A stretch of 64,000 bases of DNA from Eledone cirrhosa (lineage: Eukaryota): contig OZ024743.1 in assembly GCA_964016885.1 (NCBI GenBank), positions 86,986,001 through 87,050,000 on the forward strand, written 5' to 3'. Below the pieces are notes generated by a model. It was not told where the DNA came from and did not search any database. It saw only the letters and a program-made list of their open reading frames with translations. Within the stretch, counting starts at the first letter, position 1. The number at the start of each line of letters is the position of its first letter. Below, piece after piece: positions 43,342-60,131 of this stretch. A program made the translations under genes and the position numbers.

Positions 43342-43497
43342 AACCAAATAAATATATATATTTAAAAAAAAAATAAGACTTCAGTTGCATTTTCGATTTC
43401 ATTTCTTTTTCTTTATACTTTCACTCGTGTAGGACACCTCGGTTATTTTTCATTTTGTAAAAAAAACCTCACTTTCTAATATATATATATATATATA

Positions 43498-43790
43498 AGC
43501 ACTTTTGAGCTGACTTTTGGGATGCGCCCATACAGCTCTGAGTTTTTCAACCTCAGTGTATACTGATTAATGTTCAGAGCCATCCTCAGCATTCTCGTGT
43601 AGCACCCATCCACTATCTGAGTGAGTTTCTTGGTCAGTGTCCAAGTCTCAGACCCATACAGCAGCACAGACTCCACTACAGCAATGAAGAGGCGGATTTT
43701 GAGGTCTTTACGAAGGTCCGACTTCCACACCGATCTCAAGCTGTGGCACCCCGCCCAGGCTTTGCTCTTCCTCTCATGTTGATGCCCTAA
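43498..43790 (-). mobile_element. RTE-type LINE reverse transcriptase C-terminal fragment
   Basis: KAWAGCHSLRSVWKSDL...LKIRLFIAVVESVLLYGSETWTLTK...DGCYTRMLRMALNI...N.ELYG. Confidence 0.85.
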
Positions 43791-43987
43791 GGACAGACAC
43801 TGGTCTGTTGGAGACGCAGGACATGGCAGCGATAATGAGGGACAGAGACCGCTGGAGAGAACTCGTCCATGGATCTCGGGAATTTTACCCGCCTTAGATA
43901 GATATATAAGCAAAGGGATATTTAATTTGTTCGTAATTCAACAAATATATTTATAAAAGATTCAAAGCACTCGACAAGTTTTCTGGA

Positions 43988-44031
<44 letters not shown>

Positions 44032-44068
44032 CTATATATATATTCATATAGAAAGAGATAGGTTTATA

Positions 44069-44141
<73 letters not shown>

Positions 44142-44176
44142 CATACATACATATATATATATACACATATATATAC

Positions 44177-44229
<53 letters not shown>

Positions 44230-44571
44230 ATATATATATATATACATACATATATAGATATGTGTTTGTGTGTGTGATGCCGAATCGAATCCGTACCACG
44301 TGGTCAACAAGCGAACTCAACTATACAGACATAACAGCGGCCATTTTTTTAAATGTCTGTTTATCTCTTAAAATTTTAAGCGATACATTTACTGACATCT
44401 GATTGGTTGCTTCTACTGTCATGTGTATCTTTCTCGCGAGATATAGTGTGACTATGATCGCTTTCACTCCCTCTTCCATACATATATATACGCGCATAAA
44501 CATATATTATATCCATTCACATACACACACACGCATGAACATGTCTACATTTGTACATAATAAATACATAC

Positions 44572-44692
<121 letters not shown>

Positions 44693-44701
44693 ATTGTATT
44701 A

Positions 44702-44735
<34 letters not shown>

Positions 44736-44844
44736 ACATATATATAAAATATGGGTAATATTAAATATTATCCAATTACAAGTAGGAGAATAATGTAACA
44801 TAACAAGTATATTACAAAGCTGAAATATATATATACAAACATAC

Positions 44845-44967
<123 letters not shown>

Positions 44968-45061
44968 AATAAATATATATATAGAAGTAGTAACACAACA
45001 GTTAGTTCACCATACCGAGAACAGTTGTTTCACCTTAGCGGATTCTCAGCTCGTAATGGAC

Positions 45062-45174
<113 letters not shown>

Positions 45175-45522
45175 ATATGTTAATACATCAATGTAGAGGA
45201 TTCCGGAAACTACCCATTTTTTTATACATACACCCATACACATACATACACATGATTTTGCCTGAAGAGATTTATCCAATCATATCGATCACAGTACTTA
45301 TTTTATCGATCTGTTTATGAACGAACTGCTAAGTTACATGGCATAAATAGGCACACACATATATACATACACACATACACAGAGACAAACAGATGTAGAC
45401 ACACAAATATATATATATATATATTTAATTAAGGCTAAACAGTGAGTCTTGTTACTCTGGCGTTTCGCCTATTGATAAAATTCATATACACTCATCGCTT
45501 GAAATCTTTTCAATTAATGTCT

Positions 45523-45629
<107 letters not shown>

Positions 45630-45934
45630 GAGAAATCTACCAAAATATACGGTAGTGTCCAATCCGTATGAAGAACTCAATGTAATCCAAATATCATGAA
45701 AAGAGAAGATGCATTCAAAAATATTCGATGAAAATCACAGGAAAACAGAGTCAAGATAAATTAATAAAAACAATGAATAAAAACAAAGAACAAGCTCCTT
45801 ATATTCAAAAATTCATCATTTTACGATCGTTTCTAGGATATATATGTGTGTTGGTATGTATATCATATAGATCTATGTAAAAATATTACAAACTATCAGA
45901 GGAAATATACGTACCTTCACATATATTTGCTGTC

Positions 45935-45969
<35 letters not shown>

Positions 45970-45972
<3 letters not shown>

Positions 45973-46220
45973 TAGGTAAAACCCCCTTCGGTCACGAATA
46001 ACCATGAGATTTGCACCTACAAATTTGCCCTCCGAGGCACAAGTCTAGGCAAGGTTGTTTGTGGAAGACCAGCAGTCTCCCATGCATACCAGTCTCCCTT
46101 CTCCATGCCACTGATGTTGTCCAAGGCAAAAGTGACACAGCTTGGCACCAGTGACGTCGCCACTCATTTCTACAGCTGAGTAAACTGGAGCAACGTGAAA
46201 AAAAGTGTCTTGCTCAAGAA
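45970..46220 (-). mobile_element. SINE-like 3' fragment of a second family, ending in a small fold-back (46201-46252)
   Basis: ctggagcaacgtgaaa..aagtgtcttgctcaagaa motif, which I recall as typical of cephalopod SINEs. Confidence 0.55.
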
Positions 46221-46379
46221 TATATATATATATTCTTGAGCAAGACACTTTTGTACATATAAGAAAATGAGGTTTTTTTAATAAAAAAAAAAAAAACGAG
46301 ATGACCTACACGAGTGAAAGTATAAGGAAAAAGAAATCGAAAATTCAGCTGGAGTCTTTTTAAAAATATTTATTTGTTT

Positions 46380-46416
46380 CCTTTACCGGTTTCACAGTTC
46401 TTATGCTTTTCAAAAG
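46380..46416 (-). ncRNA. Minimal hammerhead U3:A8 variant, second locus
   Basis: Reverse complement reads ctt-TTGAAAA-gcat.aagaa.ctgt-GAAA-ccgg-TA-aagg. Confidence 0.55.
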
Positions 46417-46669
46417 TAGAATTGAGATGGAGGGGTTGTGGTTTGAGAAAAATTGATATATATTCATTTTATTAATGATAAACATGCAAAACTCCAAAGT
46501 AAGAAGACTCACTATTTAGCCTTAATGACATGAATATTAAAGCTCTACGGTATTGAGTACTCTCTCTCTCTCTCTGTGAATGTGAGTATGAAAACAATTA
46601 CAGAGAACAACAACACAAAGTATTGTTAGGTTCACGCTGGTATGAAAAAGAAATGTGTTCAAGGAAATA

Positions 46670-46890
46670 ATGATTTCAAGTATAGGCACAAGGCCAGTAA
46701 GTTTTTTTGGGGGGGAAGGAAAGTCGACTAAATCGACCTCAGTGCATTACTGGTGCTTTATTTTATCGACCCCGTAAGGATGAAAGGCAAGGTTAACCTC
46801 GGCGGGATTTGAACTCAGACCGTAAAGGACCGTAACTCTATGCTGCAAACCATGGTGCCCGACTCTACCGATACTACCAATCCACCGCCC
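46670..46890 (-). mobile_element. Full-length tRNA-derived SINE (representative); others at about 1-90, 14583-14772, 23430-23560, 25990-26175, 26620-26806, 27090-27365, 42780-42960, 48560-48760, 49050-49512, 52105-52625, 54638-54742
   Basis: Sense strand has an A box (tggtagtatcgg), a B box (gagttcaaatcc), the central gcctttcatccttacggggtcgataaaataaagtaccag domain (resembles the Meta/Sauria SINE core) and a TTA-rich tail. Confidence 0.9.
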
Positions 46891-47049
46891 TTTGTATTCA
46901 AATAATACAATCATCCTTTAGCAGGAAAGAACGTTAGGATATAAAAGTCATTTCCATTTGGAATATATTTTGTACTCTACCTTCCTACCTGATGTATTGA
47001 TGACATACTTCACTCTGGTCTCTTCCGGCCCTCAGAGGAAAATCATCAT

Positions 47050-47085
<36 letters not shown>

Positions 47086-47270
47086 GTGTGGGGTGGGGGT
47101 GGTGCGTATATGCATGTATACATGTAATACCGGGCCCGACTTTTTTCTAATATAGTCACGCTCTACTATCCCAAGTATTGAGTGCTCTGTTGAATAATGA
47201 TCTAACTAGTTTAATACTGGTTTAATCCACATATATAAATGCACACACACACACACACACACGCACACAC

Positions 47271-47339
<69 letters not shown>

Positions 47340-49843
47340 CACGCACACACACGCACACACACGCACACACACGCACACACACGCACACACACACGCGCGC
47401 GCGCGTACACACATACACACACACAGAGTGTAAGTAATTGTAAACGAAACTTCACCGTGGAAGCCAACCCATGTCCGAGTATGACCATTTCCTAGAATAA
47501 AGAAAGAAATGAAATAGCAGACATTGGCAAACATTTGTTATTGATGTTACTGTTGTTGATGCTGCTTTTGAGGGTTCATCAAACCACGATGTCACTTACA
47601 TGTCATACCATACACTGTACAGGTAAGTTTCTTGCCTGTTTGAGTTTGATTGGTTTTGTGTTGCCCTGTTAGGTCACTTGCTGTGTGCCACACTTGGGTA
47701 CAGGTGCCACACATTGGTACTGGTGCCACATGCAAAATCAAGGTGTATGGGGTACATACATACATACATACATACATACATACATACATACATACATACA
47801 TACATACATACGTACACATAACATACATACACACAAACATGGTGGCTGCCAACTCGTTTTCGAGTACGGCCACTACTTTATATCCATGTAGGAGAACCCC
47901 TACCGATGGGCTGAACGTGTGTAACTTTTTAGTCCAGCCAGCGACTTGAAAACTCTGGTACAAAGACTACACTTGTGACAATTATTGACACATAGTGCTG
48001 GGCCCATGGTACCATGTGACAAGTGCAGAGAGATCTCCAGATGTAAAGCAATGCCTGTGCCGTGAAGCTTTTATAGTGAGCAAAGGCACTGCACAAAGCC
48101 AGTCCCACTCTCTTAACCAAGATGATATTTACCAAAAAGAAGAACAAGTCAACGTCATTGGATACCATCAGGGTTGCAGGTGTTATATAAGAGTTTTCCT
48201 TCTCCTAGAATTCTGCCTTGACAAAGGTTAAGGGGTCATCTCTCCCGGTGATTTTGGATGGCCATTGACTCTTAAGAGCTCCTTTGCCTTTTGACAAACA
48301 TACATACATACATACATACATACATACATACATACATACATACATACAGACAGACAAAGAAAAGAAAAGGGAAACGAGCCGATCGTGGAATCGAACCAAG
48401 GAAACAATGTTACTATTGGTCTTTTGATTGCTCATACTATCTACTAGTTTTACACTTGGCAGACGAAAGGAGCTGATAATCAGATTGGACCAATGAAACA
48501 CTATTTCCATTGGTCCTTTCATTGCAGATACTAACTGTCAGTAGTGAGACGGGGAAGAAGGAGGAGGGAATTGAACTCAGAAGCTACAGAGCCGCGTCAG
48601 ATACCGCAAAGCATCCAGTTCGACTCTTTAACAATTCCATTAATCCATAATCCCTCGGACAAGTATTTTATTTATAGACCCCGAAAGGACGAAAGGTAAA
48701 GTTGATCTCGACGAGATTTGAGATCAGAGCGTGGTAAGCCGAAACAAAAACCGAAGCAGCCTGCAAGCAGAACCCTGAATATATGCAAGTCTTTGCTAAA
48801 GTTCGACATGTATCACTTCACCGTTCTTGTTATCTAAATTTCAACGACGGAGCTTTGATCTGTTGGTTAGAAAGAAAGCAGGCCTTTCTTTATAATCAGA
48901 TTTCAAAGAGATGGTAACTACTTCAGGCACAAGGATAACTATAACTGTAATTCAGACGATAAGCTTTGTTATACACAATGTCACGCTGAATCTCCCTGAG
49001 AATGACATCATGTTTGCACATGTTTCTGGGATACTCAACTACATACACTATAATTGTTTCTGATTTAAAACACAAGACCAACAATTTTTTGGGGAGGGGA
49101 AAGTTGACTAAATCGACCCCAATACATAACTGGTACTTTATTTTATCAACACCTGAAGGGATGAAAAACAATGTTGACGTCGGTGGTATTTGAACTCAGA
49201 ACGCAAAGAGCCGTAATTTAATACAACAAAACATTTTGTACAACACTCTAACGATCTACCAACCCACCGCCCTAGAATAGTGAATAATAATAATTTCTAC
49301 TTTAGGCAAACAGCCAATAATTTTTTAGGATGGGGGCCCAAAACGTCTATTTAATCGACCCCAGCACTCAACTGGTACTGATCTGATTGACTAGAAAAGG
49401 CTGAAAGGCAAAGTTGACCTGGGTGGGATTTGAACTCAGAGCGCAGAAAGCCGGAACAAATACTTCAAAACGTCCTATGAGACGTTCTAACGACTCTGCC
49501 AATTCGCCGCCATATTACGCAAATTATTAATACACAACATCACGCCAAGGAGAAGTCTAGAGGAGAAGTCTCCACGCAGTCGCTCAGTCTGCTAAAAATA
49601 GCAGCGAAATCTTATTTAAATCTCCCCAGCCCTAAATACACAGTGTCTGCGAAAAAGGGGGCCTTGCCATAGCTGGAAGAAGGTTGATCATAGGTTCCCC
49701 CCACCCCAATTTGGGGTGAGCATGACAAGGACGTGTATACTAAACAATGTTACACGTGAGTCTATGTTTCTGTGTATGTCTACTATCTATCGATCTATCG
49801 ATCTATTTATATACATCTCTCTCTCCCTCTCTTCCCCGCTTTC

Positions 49844-49910
<67 letters not shown>

Positions 49911-50184
49911 ATATATATATATATATATAGTGAAAGATTGAAGAATAACATGGTCGGTTGTACAAGCCCCTTGTTGTACAACCAACCATGTTATTCTTCA
50001 ATCTTTCACTATTATTACTCCAAGTATAACCTACATAGGAATTCTCGCGAACTCGCCACCTAACTATGGAAACATCTTGTAGAGTCAAACAAAGCCGTAC
50101 GTTAAAACTATCCACAATACTGAGTACTCACAACCTCTAACTGGATTACCTATAACGATAACTTGTTATCCCATATATATATAT

Positions 50185-50215
<31 letters not shown>

Positions 50216-50336
50216 CATATATGTGTATATGTATCTCTCCCCCTCTCTCTCTCTATATATATATAGATATATATAGATATGTTGATTTAAAACTTCACTA
50301 TTCACAAATGTTTTTAAGCTTCATATCATGTCTCCC

Positions 50337-50407
50337 TATTTTATCTGATGAGAATGCAGATATCATCCCATGATAATATTTGTTTTTGAAATGCGCATAA
50401 TAAAATA
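50337..50407 (+). ncRNA. Minimal hammerhead ribozyme (TGCGCA family)
   Basis: tattttat-CTGATGA-stem II-GAAA-tgcgca-TA-ataaaata, with a perfect 8-bp stem I and palindromic stem III. Confidence 0.8.
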
Positions 50408-50470
50408 CTTGGAACTCTTTTAACCATCTTTTCATCTTATATTATATATATATATATGTTATATATGTTA

Positions 50471-50526
<56 letters not shown>

Positions 50527-50923
50527 AGTGAGAAATGAAATTTCGTTTCTTTTTTCCGTTTATTGTTTTCGGTGCGCCCGGCCGATTAACTCACTCGATA
50601 TACAAATTAGGCTGCTCAGCCGTTAATCTGCATAAGGAAAGTATATACTTTCAGACGTTCAATCATCTGGCAGGAAGGTATACGGTGCTGACGATAGCTA
50701 ATAAGCTTGAAACTAATACAGCGTTCCTTTGTCAGTGTTGAACAAACGAGCAACGATGGTTGTTAGACACTACGGCTTAATTCGGGATGTTTGTTTACAA
50801 ACACACCGAGCATTATAATAAATGTTCGGTAAACCCATACGTACATATATATATGTGTGCATGTATGTATATATATACATACTACTGTACGTCTGTATAC
50901 ATATATGTATGTACGTATACATA

Positions 50924-50960
<37 letters not shown>

Positions 50961-51298
50961 GTACATACATACATACTTACATACATACTTACATAGATAC
51001 ATACATGCATACTTACATAGATACATACATGGAGGTTGTCCCCTCGTGTCTGAGGAAGACCAACTCTGGCTACAATATCACCAATAACCGTATAGAGTCT
51101 TATATCTAATAACCTCTGCACAGCGCCTTATACACCCTACAGATTTTCTTATACAATATCTTTCTATACATATATACACCAGTATGTTGCTTCGATTTCT
51201 GTGTATGTTTGCGTGTAAATATAAATATTACTATATAAGTATTTTGTACGCATGCACTTGTATATATAAACATAAATGAGTATACTCATAGATATGTG

Positions 51299-51334
<36 letters not shown>

Positions 51335-51377
51335 CGTGTGTGTATACATAAATATATATGTATATATGTGCGTATAT

Positions 51378-51476
<99 letters not shown>

Positions 51477-51529
51477 TGATGTGTATATATATATATACAT
51501 CAGAAATGTATATGTATACATTTATGTAT

Positions 51530-51653
<124 letters not shown>

Positions 51654-51700
51654 GGATACATATATATATATGTGTAAATATACATAAATATATACATATA

Positions 51701-51739
51701 GATTTCTGATGATGGTCTAGTATCCGAAACATTAAGACC
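51701..51739 (+). ncRNA. Degenerate minimal hammerhead lacking stem III
   Basis: gattt-CTGATGA-tggtctagtatcc-GAAA-cat-TA-agacc. The downstream sequence is a repeat family also at 6647-6738, 53911-54025 and 54230-54297 (minus). Confidence 0.45.
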
Positions 51740-52639
51740 CTCTTCCTGCTATTTCAAGCGTTAACCTAATATATTCCTTCCATATACTGAACCGATTATG
51801 TTGTAATTTCTGTTTACATATATATGTGTGTGTGTGTCTATATATATGTGTGTGTGTATACATACCTACACAGGCATACACACACACCTACATACTACAC
51901 ACACACACAATATATATATATATATATCCTCTATCTTACTATAAATGTAAGAGAGTGCAGTAGTTTCAAATTACTCCTCAATATACATTAACAAAGAATA
52001 TATATTTCATTGATATTGTTTTATCTTTAGCAGAAATTCCTTCCTTCTCGTCTTACAGAGAGAAACAAGCAACATTTTATGTGTGTTAAATAGCGTTAGT
52101 AATAATTGTTTCTTCTTTTGGCACAAGGCCAGCAAATACTCAGTACATTACTGGTACTTTATTTTTTCGACCCCGGAAGGGTGAAAGGCAAAGTTAACCT
52201 CGGCGATTAGTAATAATAATAATTGTTTCTACTTTTGGCACAAGGCCAGCAATTACGCCGTGCATTACTGGTGCTTTATTTTTTCGACCCCTAATGGTTT
52301 CATTTATTGGCCACAAATGCCGAAATATAGGGGACAATACAAAGACAGGGACAGTGGAGGTTTACAGTGAAATTCAGTATAATTACACAATTTAAAAAAA
52401 ATTAACAATGAAAAAAAATATATATATATATAATGGTTTCTTATATAGGCGCAAGGCCAGCAATTTTGGGAGAGGGGAAAGTCGATTAAATCGACCCCAG
52501 TGCATTACTGGTACTTTATTTTATCGACCCCGTAAGGATGAAAGGAAAAGTTAACCTCGACGGGATTTGAACTCAGAAATCCCGCCGAGGTTAGCTTTGC
52601 CCTTCATCCTCATGGGGTCGATAATACTAATAATAGTAA

Positions 52640-53163
52640 TACTACTAATAATAATGGTGATGATGATGATGGTGGTGGTGGTGATGGTGATGGTGATGGT
52701 GATGATGGTGGTGATGATGGTGGTGATGATGATGGTGATGGTGATGGTGATGGTGATGGTGATGATGGTGGTGATGATGGTGGTGATGATGATGGTGATG
52801 GTGATGATGGTGGTGATGATGATGGTGATGATGGTGATGCTGATGATGATGATGGTGATGATGATGATAGTGATGGTGGTGATGATGATGGTGATGGTGA
52901 TGGTGATGGTGGTGGTGATGGTGATGGTGATGGTGATGATGGTGATGCTGATGATGATGATGGTGATGATGATGGTGATGCTGGTGGTGATGATGATGGT
53001 GATGGTGATGGTGATGGTGATGATGATGGTGATGATGGTGATGCTGATGATGATGATGGTGATGATGATGATAGTGATGGTGATGATGATGGTGATGATG
53101 ATGATGGTGATGATGGTGGTGATGATGATGATGATGGTGATGATGATGGTGATGATAGTGGTG

Positions 53164-53195
<32 letters not shown>

Positions 53196-53212
53196 GATGA
53201 TGATGGTGATGG

Positions 53213-53245
<33 letters not shown>
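52640..53245. repeat. (GAT/GGT)n microsatellite
   Basis: Direct inspection. Confidence 0.95.
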
Positions 53246-53248
<3 letters not shown>

Positions 53249-53838
53249 ATTAACTCCAAGGGTTCACAGGAACGATACATTAATGACATACAGATGACGA
53301 CGCACAGGGTGATACATTGTGTTTATTTTATTTTTGTGTGAGTAAAAATACGATAACAAAAACAACAACATGCAAAATTTAAACAAAAGAAAATTCTCCA
53401 ATATATATCCGTGTGTGTGAATGTGAGTGTGTGTGTATATATATATATATATATATGTGTATATATATTGGCTTTCCTGGGAAATTCTTTTGAACGGAAC
53501 AGTTCTAGTCCCGTAGAAGCCATATATATATATATATATATATAAATTAATAAAATAATGAATAAACAAAGAAACAGTTCCTTATATTAAAAAAATTCAT
53601 CATTTTACGATCGTTTCTAGGATATATATGTGTTAGAGTTGGTATGCATATTCTCTAGATCTATGTACAATATTTATACAAACTATCAGAGGGAATATAC
53701 ATAGCTACACATATATATGCTGTCTTCAGAAATATATATATATATATATGTATATATGTATACAGAAATATATATATATATATGTGTATATATGTATATA
53801 TACTGGAACCTTCGACTTTTGTTATGTTTTCTTTGTTC

Positions 53839-53896
<58 letters not shown>

Positions 53897-54125
53897 TGTA
53901 TATATATGTATGTAAAAAGTAAACAGAAATAACAAACCAAGCGACACAATGACGAAATATGTTAGTTTAACGTTTGAAATAGTAGGGTTAGAGACTTAAC
54001 GTGTCAGAAACTAGTCCTTCATCACATACAAACTAACATACATGCATACATACATACATACATACATACATACATACATACATACATACAGGTGTTACAC
54101 TTTGTTAACACATGTGGAAAATAAC

Positions 54126-54164
<39 letters not shown>

Positions 54165-55480
54165 ACATACATACATACATATATACATACATATATACAT
54201 ACATATATATATATATATATATTCTATATCAAAGGTAAACAGAAATAACAACACAATCGGTACAGTACATGGAAGGAATGTATAAGTTTAACGCTTACAT
54301 ACATACATATATATATATATATATACTGATATATATGTGTATGTATGTATATATATATATCACGAATGAAACATTTCTAGTCCTGTAGAAGCTCTTCTAT
54401 ATTAAAACTTATATATATATATATGTATATAAATATATTTATAAACTTTAATAATTTATAAACTTTAATAATTTTTTCAAGGGGATGTATATGTACGTAT
54501 ATATATATACTGATATATATGTGTATGTATATATGTATGTATGCATGTATGTATGTTTATATATATATGTGTACATATATATATATATCTGTAACTTTTA
54601 CTTCTCAATTACTTCTTAATTCATATTATTACTCACTCCCGCCGAGGTTAACTTTGCCTTTCATCCTTAGGGGGTCGATAAAATAAAGTACCAGTAATAC
54701 ACTGATTAATTGCTGGCCTTGTGCCAAAAGTAGAAACAATTATTACTTACTATAGCATTTTCCTTTTTCCTTATATTCTTGGCCATAGAAACTATATTTT
54801 TTTTAATATATACTAATATTACCATTAGTAAATGTTGTAAACATTATACTTTTTGACGTTATATATTTTTTTCTTCCTTAAATTTTCTTTTTTCTTCTCT
54901 CCTTCCGGTCTCGTATTAAACCTATTATTTACTTTTACATATTATAATACATAAAAACAAACTTAAACCCTAACTAATTCCTCTAAGTTCTTAATTCATT
55001 TAATATCTCATTCACTCATATTATATCCTTTTATTTTAATAATACATATTAATAAACACTATTTTTTTCGCACATATTATTAAACCCTTCAATATATAAA
55101 CCTTAAATAAATACCTCTCTTAATTCCTTTTTCTTTAATCATAAACATCACCATCCATAAACCTCATTAACTTTTAATTTCAAAATCTTTTTAAATTATC
55201 TATTATCTTTCAACGGTTTATTAATTTCTCTCTGTGAGACAGTGTTTTCTCAGTTTTAAAGGCTATTTCTCTCTCTCTATCACTCATTTCTCCTCCTCTC
55301 TCATCCTTCCTTCTTATACTCCTTCCCCGTCATCCTTTATTTTCTTTCTTCCTCTTCCTTACCTTTTCCTACCCCCCTCCTTTTTTCCCAATCGCATATA
55401 ACCATCTTACTTTATTTTTCATATGTTGATTTAACACTTCACTGCTCGCAAGTGTCTTTTAGCTTCATATCATGTCTCCC

Positions 55481-55551
55481 TATTTTATCTGATGAGAACG
55501 CAAATAGCATCCCATGATGATATTTGTTTTTGAAATGCGCATAATAAAATA
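55481..55551 (+). ncRNA. Minimal hammerhead ribozyme (TGCGCA family), second copy
   Basis: Same architecture as 50337-50407. Core, stem I and TGCGCA are invariant while stem-loop II and the flanks differ. Confidence 0.8.
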
Positions 55552-55604
55552 CATGAAACTCTTTTAACCATCTTTTGATCTTATATTATATATATATATA
55601 TATA

Positions 55605-55739
<135 letters not shown>

Positions 55740-56469
55740 ATACATGTGTGCGTGTGTGCGTGTGTGCTGCCACTTCGGTCACTTCAGAAATTGGCGCTTT
55801 CTGCAACCTTTCAGGTGACCGTGTATTTCTATATACCATTTAAAGGAGAAGGCCCTGTTTGGCAACCCCAGTCTCTGCTGTGACCAGTGACCTTGAAAAG
55901 GGGAAAGACATGAGAGCCAAAATTTCACTTTTTCCTTCCCAAGAAACTGTGCACATGCGTTATATTTACATATATACATATCACATATCTGCGCATATAT
56001 ATATGGGCGGTGCCCCAGCATGGCCTCAGCCGGATGGCTGGAACAGGTAAAAGAGTAATATATATATGAGTCCAGAAATAGCCGTCGAAACGGCTTGAGC
56101 TCTGCCGTCGGGGTCATACTTTTTCCTATATATATTATGTGTGCATGTTTGTGTGTTCGTGTATGTGTATTTGTGCGTGCGTATATACATATATATATAT
56201 ACATATATATATACATATATGTAGAAGTTCTATTTAAATTGTTGGGATACAACAAGCAAATATTTTTATAACTGATATAAAGCACTCAACAAATTATTGG
56301 AGTAAAAATACGATATATTAACAAATGGAAACTATATTTATAAAGCCATATTTATTTCACTATACATATTTCAAGGACACCAAGTTAAATTATGGTGTGC
56401 TTTCATCAGGGGAGCTTCCAACAGAAATGGTCGCATTCTTTAAGGGTATATCAATACTGCTCTATATTA

Positions 56470-56534
56470 TATTTTATCTGATGAAAGCACACCATAATCT
56501 AACTTGGTGTCCTTGAAATATGTATAATGAAATA
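56470..56534 (+). ncRNA. Minimal hammerhead ribozyme (family A variant); inverted partial partner at about 56353-56409
   Basis: tattttat-CTGATGA-aag.acacca/tggtgt.ctt-GAAA-tatgta-TA-atgaaata. Confidence 0.8.
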
Positions 56535-57096
56535 AATATGGTTTTATAAATATAGTTTCCATTTGTTAATATATCGTATATATACATATATATATATATA
56601 TGTATGTACATACATACATATATAACTGTATGTTTATTCATGTAATTATACATATACACTTACACATAGAAGTAGACGCATCCATGTGTTTATCATACTT
56701 TTTATATAATACACGCCTATTCCTGTTTCTATAAGGCGTGTGTATATGACTTGCCCCCCTCTCTCTCTCGTGTGTATATGACTTGCCCCCTCTCTCTCTA
56801 TGGGTTTGTTTTCATATAGGTTTTTGTTTATGTGCGATGCGTGTGTATATATATATATATATTTTTTTTTTTTTTACATAATACACACATACATATATAT
56901 ATGTATAAATTTACATAATACATATATATTTGATATGTGTATATAATATGCTTATGTATATATATTATCACCCTCACCCACCAGTTCATACACACACACA
57001 CGCGCACACACACACATATATATGTGTACATATATATATGTATATATATATATATATATATATACACACGTGTGTATATATATATATATGTACATA

Positions 57097-57170
<74 letters not shown>

Positions 57171-57172
57171 TA

Positions 57173-57246
<74 letters not shown>

Positions 57247-57247
57247 A

Positions 57248-57328
57248 GCTCTGCTGACGATTGAAATCCAACCGTGACCATCTCCACTGAGAGTTTTCAT
57301 GAAATAGTCTTTTAAGACTATACAGAGC
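57248..57328 (+). ncRNA. Canonical three-stem type I hammerhead ribozyme
   Basis: gctctg-CTGACGA-ttgaaa...tttcat-GAAA-tagtct.ttta.agacta-TA-cagagc, with a perfect 6-bp stem I and 7-bp stem III. Confidence 0.85.
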
Positions 57329-57578
57329 ATTTGATGTTATTCCAAATTGAAGGATAAGTGTTTCAAACTTTATTTTATCATGAGTTAAAGGTCTATTGAT
57401 TTTTTCCTGGATTTCACTAAATTCTGTGGATGAATTTATATCCTGATTCTCTTTTGAGTTGAGTTTGAATTATTTTTCCTAAATCTTACGTTAACTACTT
57501 TTCCCATCTTGACGTTATAGTCGCATATATGTTATAGAATACTATTAGCTTCTCGCTAAAACAATCTCTATACCTCTC

Positions 57579-57675
<97 letters not shown>

Positions 57676-58004
57676 ACAACGATAACAGAGATCGCATTTG
57701 ATAACATATACAACATGGAATCTTCCCTCGCCTTTGTTCTCTGTCTTTAATTTCTGTTCCGTAAATTCTGAATGGAAATGTTAGAACATTTTTACTAGAG
57801 TATAGTCTTGGTGTAACAGGCAGACAAATAGGTCGTACAGCTATTATAATATAGCTATAATTTAATGAAAGATTCTGCCTGTGAACTGCAGACCATGGTA
57901 TTCTACATGAGGTTGTTCACTTGGTTTACATAATAAGTGGAATTGGAACATTAGAGCCGCAAAATTGAATTCGACTTGAAATGCAACACACACACACACA
58001 TTTA

Positions 58005-59368
<1,364 letters not shown>

Positions 59369-59602
59369 TATATATATATTGGTAAACGGAAAAGAAAATG
59401 CTGACAAATTGTTCACAGTGAAAAATAGTTTAATTAGGAATAAGTGAAAATTAGTAATAGTATTGGTTAGTATTCAGTTTTGGTTTTAAGTTTTACCGGT
59501 TGCGCATTTCTAATGCTTTTCAAAAATAATTTTGAGATAGAGCGTCCGTAATGTTTGCTCTAATCTGTATATATATATATATATATAGTCCAGAATATAT
59601 AT

Positions 59603-59739
59603 AGTCCAGAATTAGCCGTCGAAACGGCTTGAGCTCAGCCGTCGGGGTCCTACTCGTTCCTATTACCCACTCTACTACCCTAAGTATTGAGTACTTTGGT
59701 GCGTTATGGTCCATCTGGTTCCTTACCACATTTCCTTCG

Positions 59740-59742
<3 letters not shown>
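59603..59742 (+). mobile_element. Short TA-embedded repeat (family B) carrying the 3' half of a hammerhead; further copies at 6411-6598, 13983-14130, 16945-17003, 18646-18800, 20891-20952, 56069-56128
   Basis: GAAA-cggc.ttgagctca.gccg-TC-ggggtc gives stem III and a GUC triplet. No CTGANGA upstream in any copy. Confidence 0.65.
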
Positions 59743-59784
<42 letters not shown>

Positions 59785-59893
59785 CATAATCGGAGAAAGC
59801 TAATAGCGATACTCCGGCCAAATCCCAACTCACTCAACAAACATTAGGAAATATGACATTCTATACATACATACATATGTATACACACAGGCA

Positions 59894-60006
<113 letters not shown>

Positions 60007-60025
60007 GTATATATATATGTATGTG

Positions 60026-60131
<106 letters not shown>

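Noticed and set aside
54745-55410. G-poor segment resembling a mitochondrial insertion or retroelement ORF
   Set aside because: I could not recover any recognisable translation; left unassigned.
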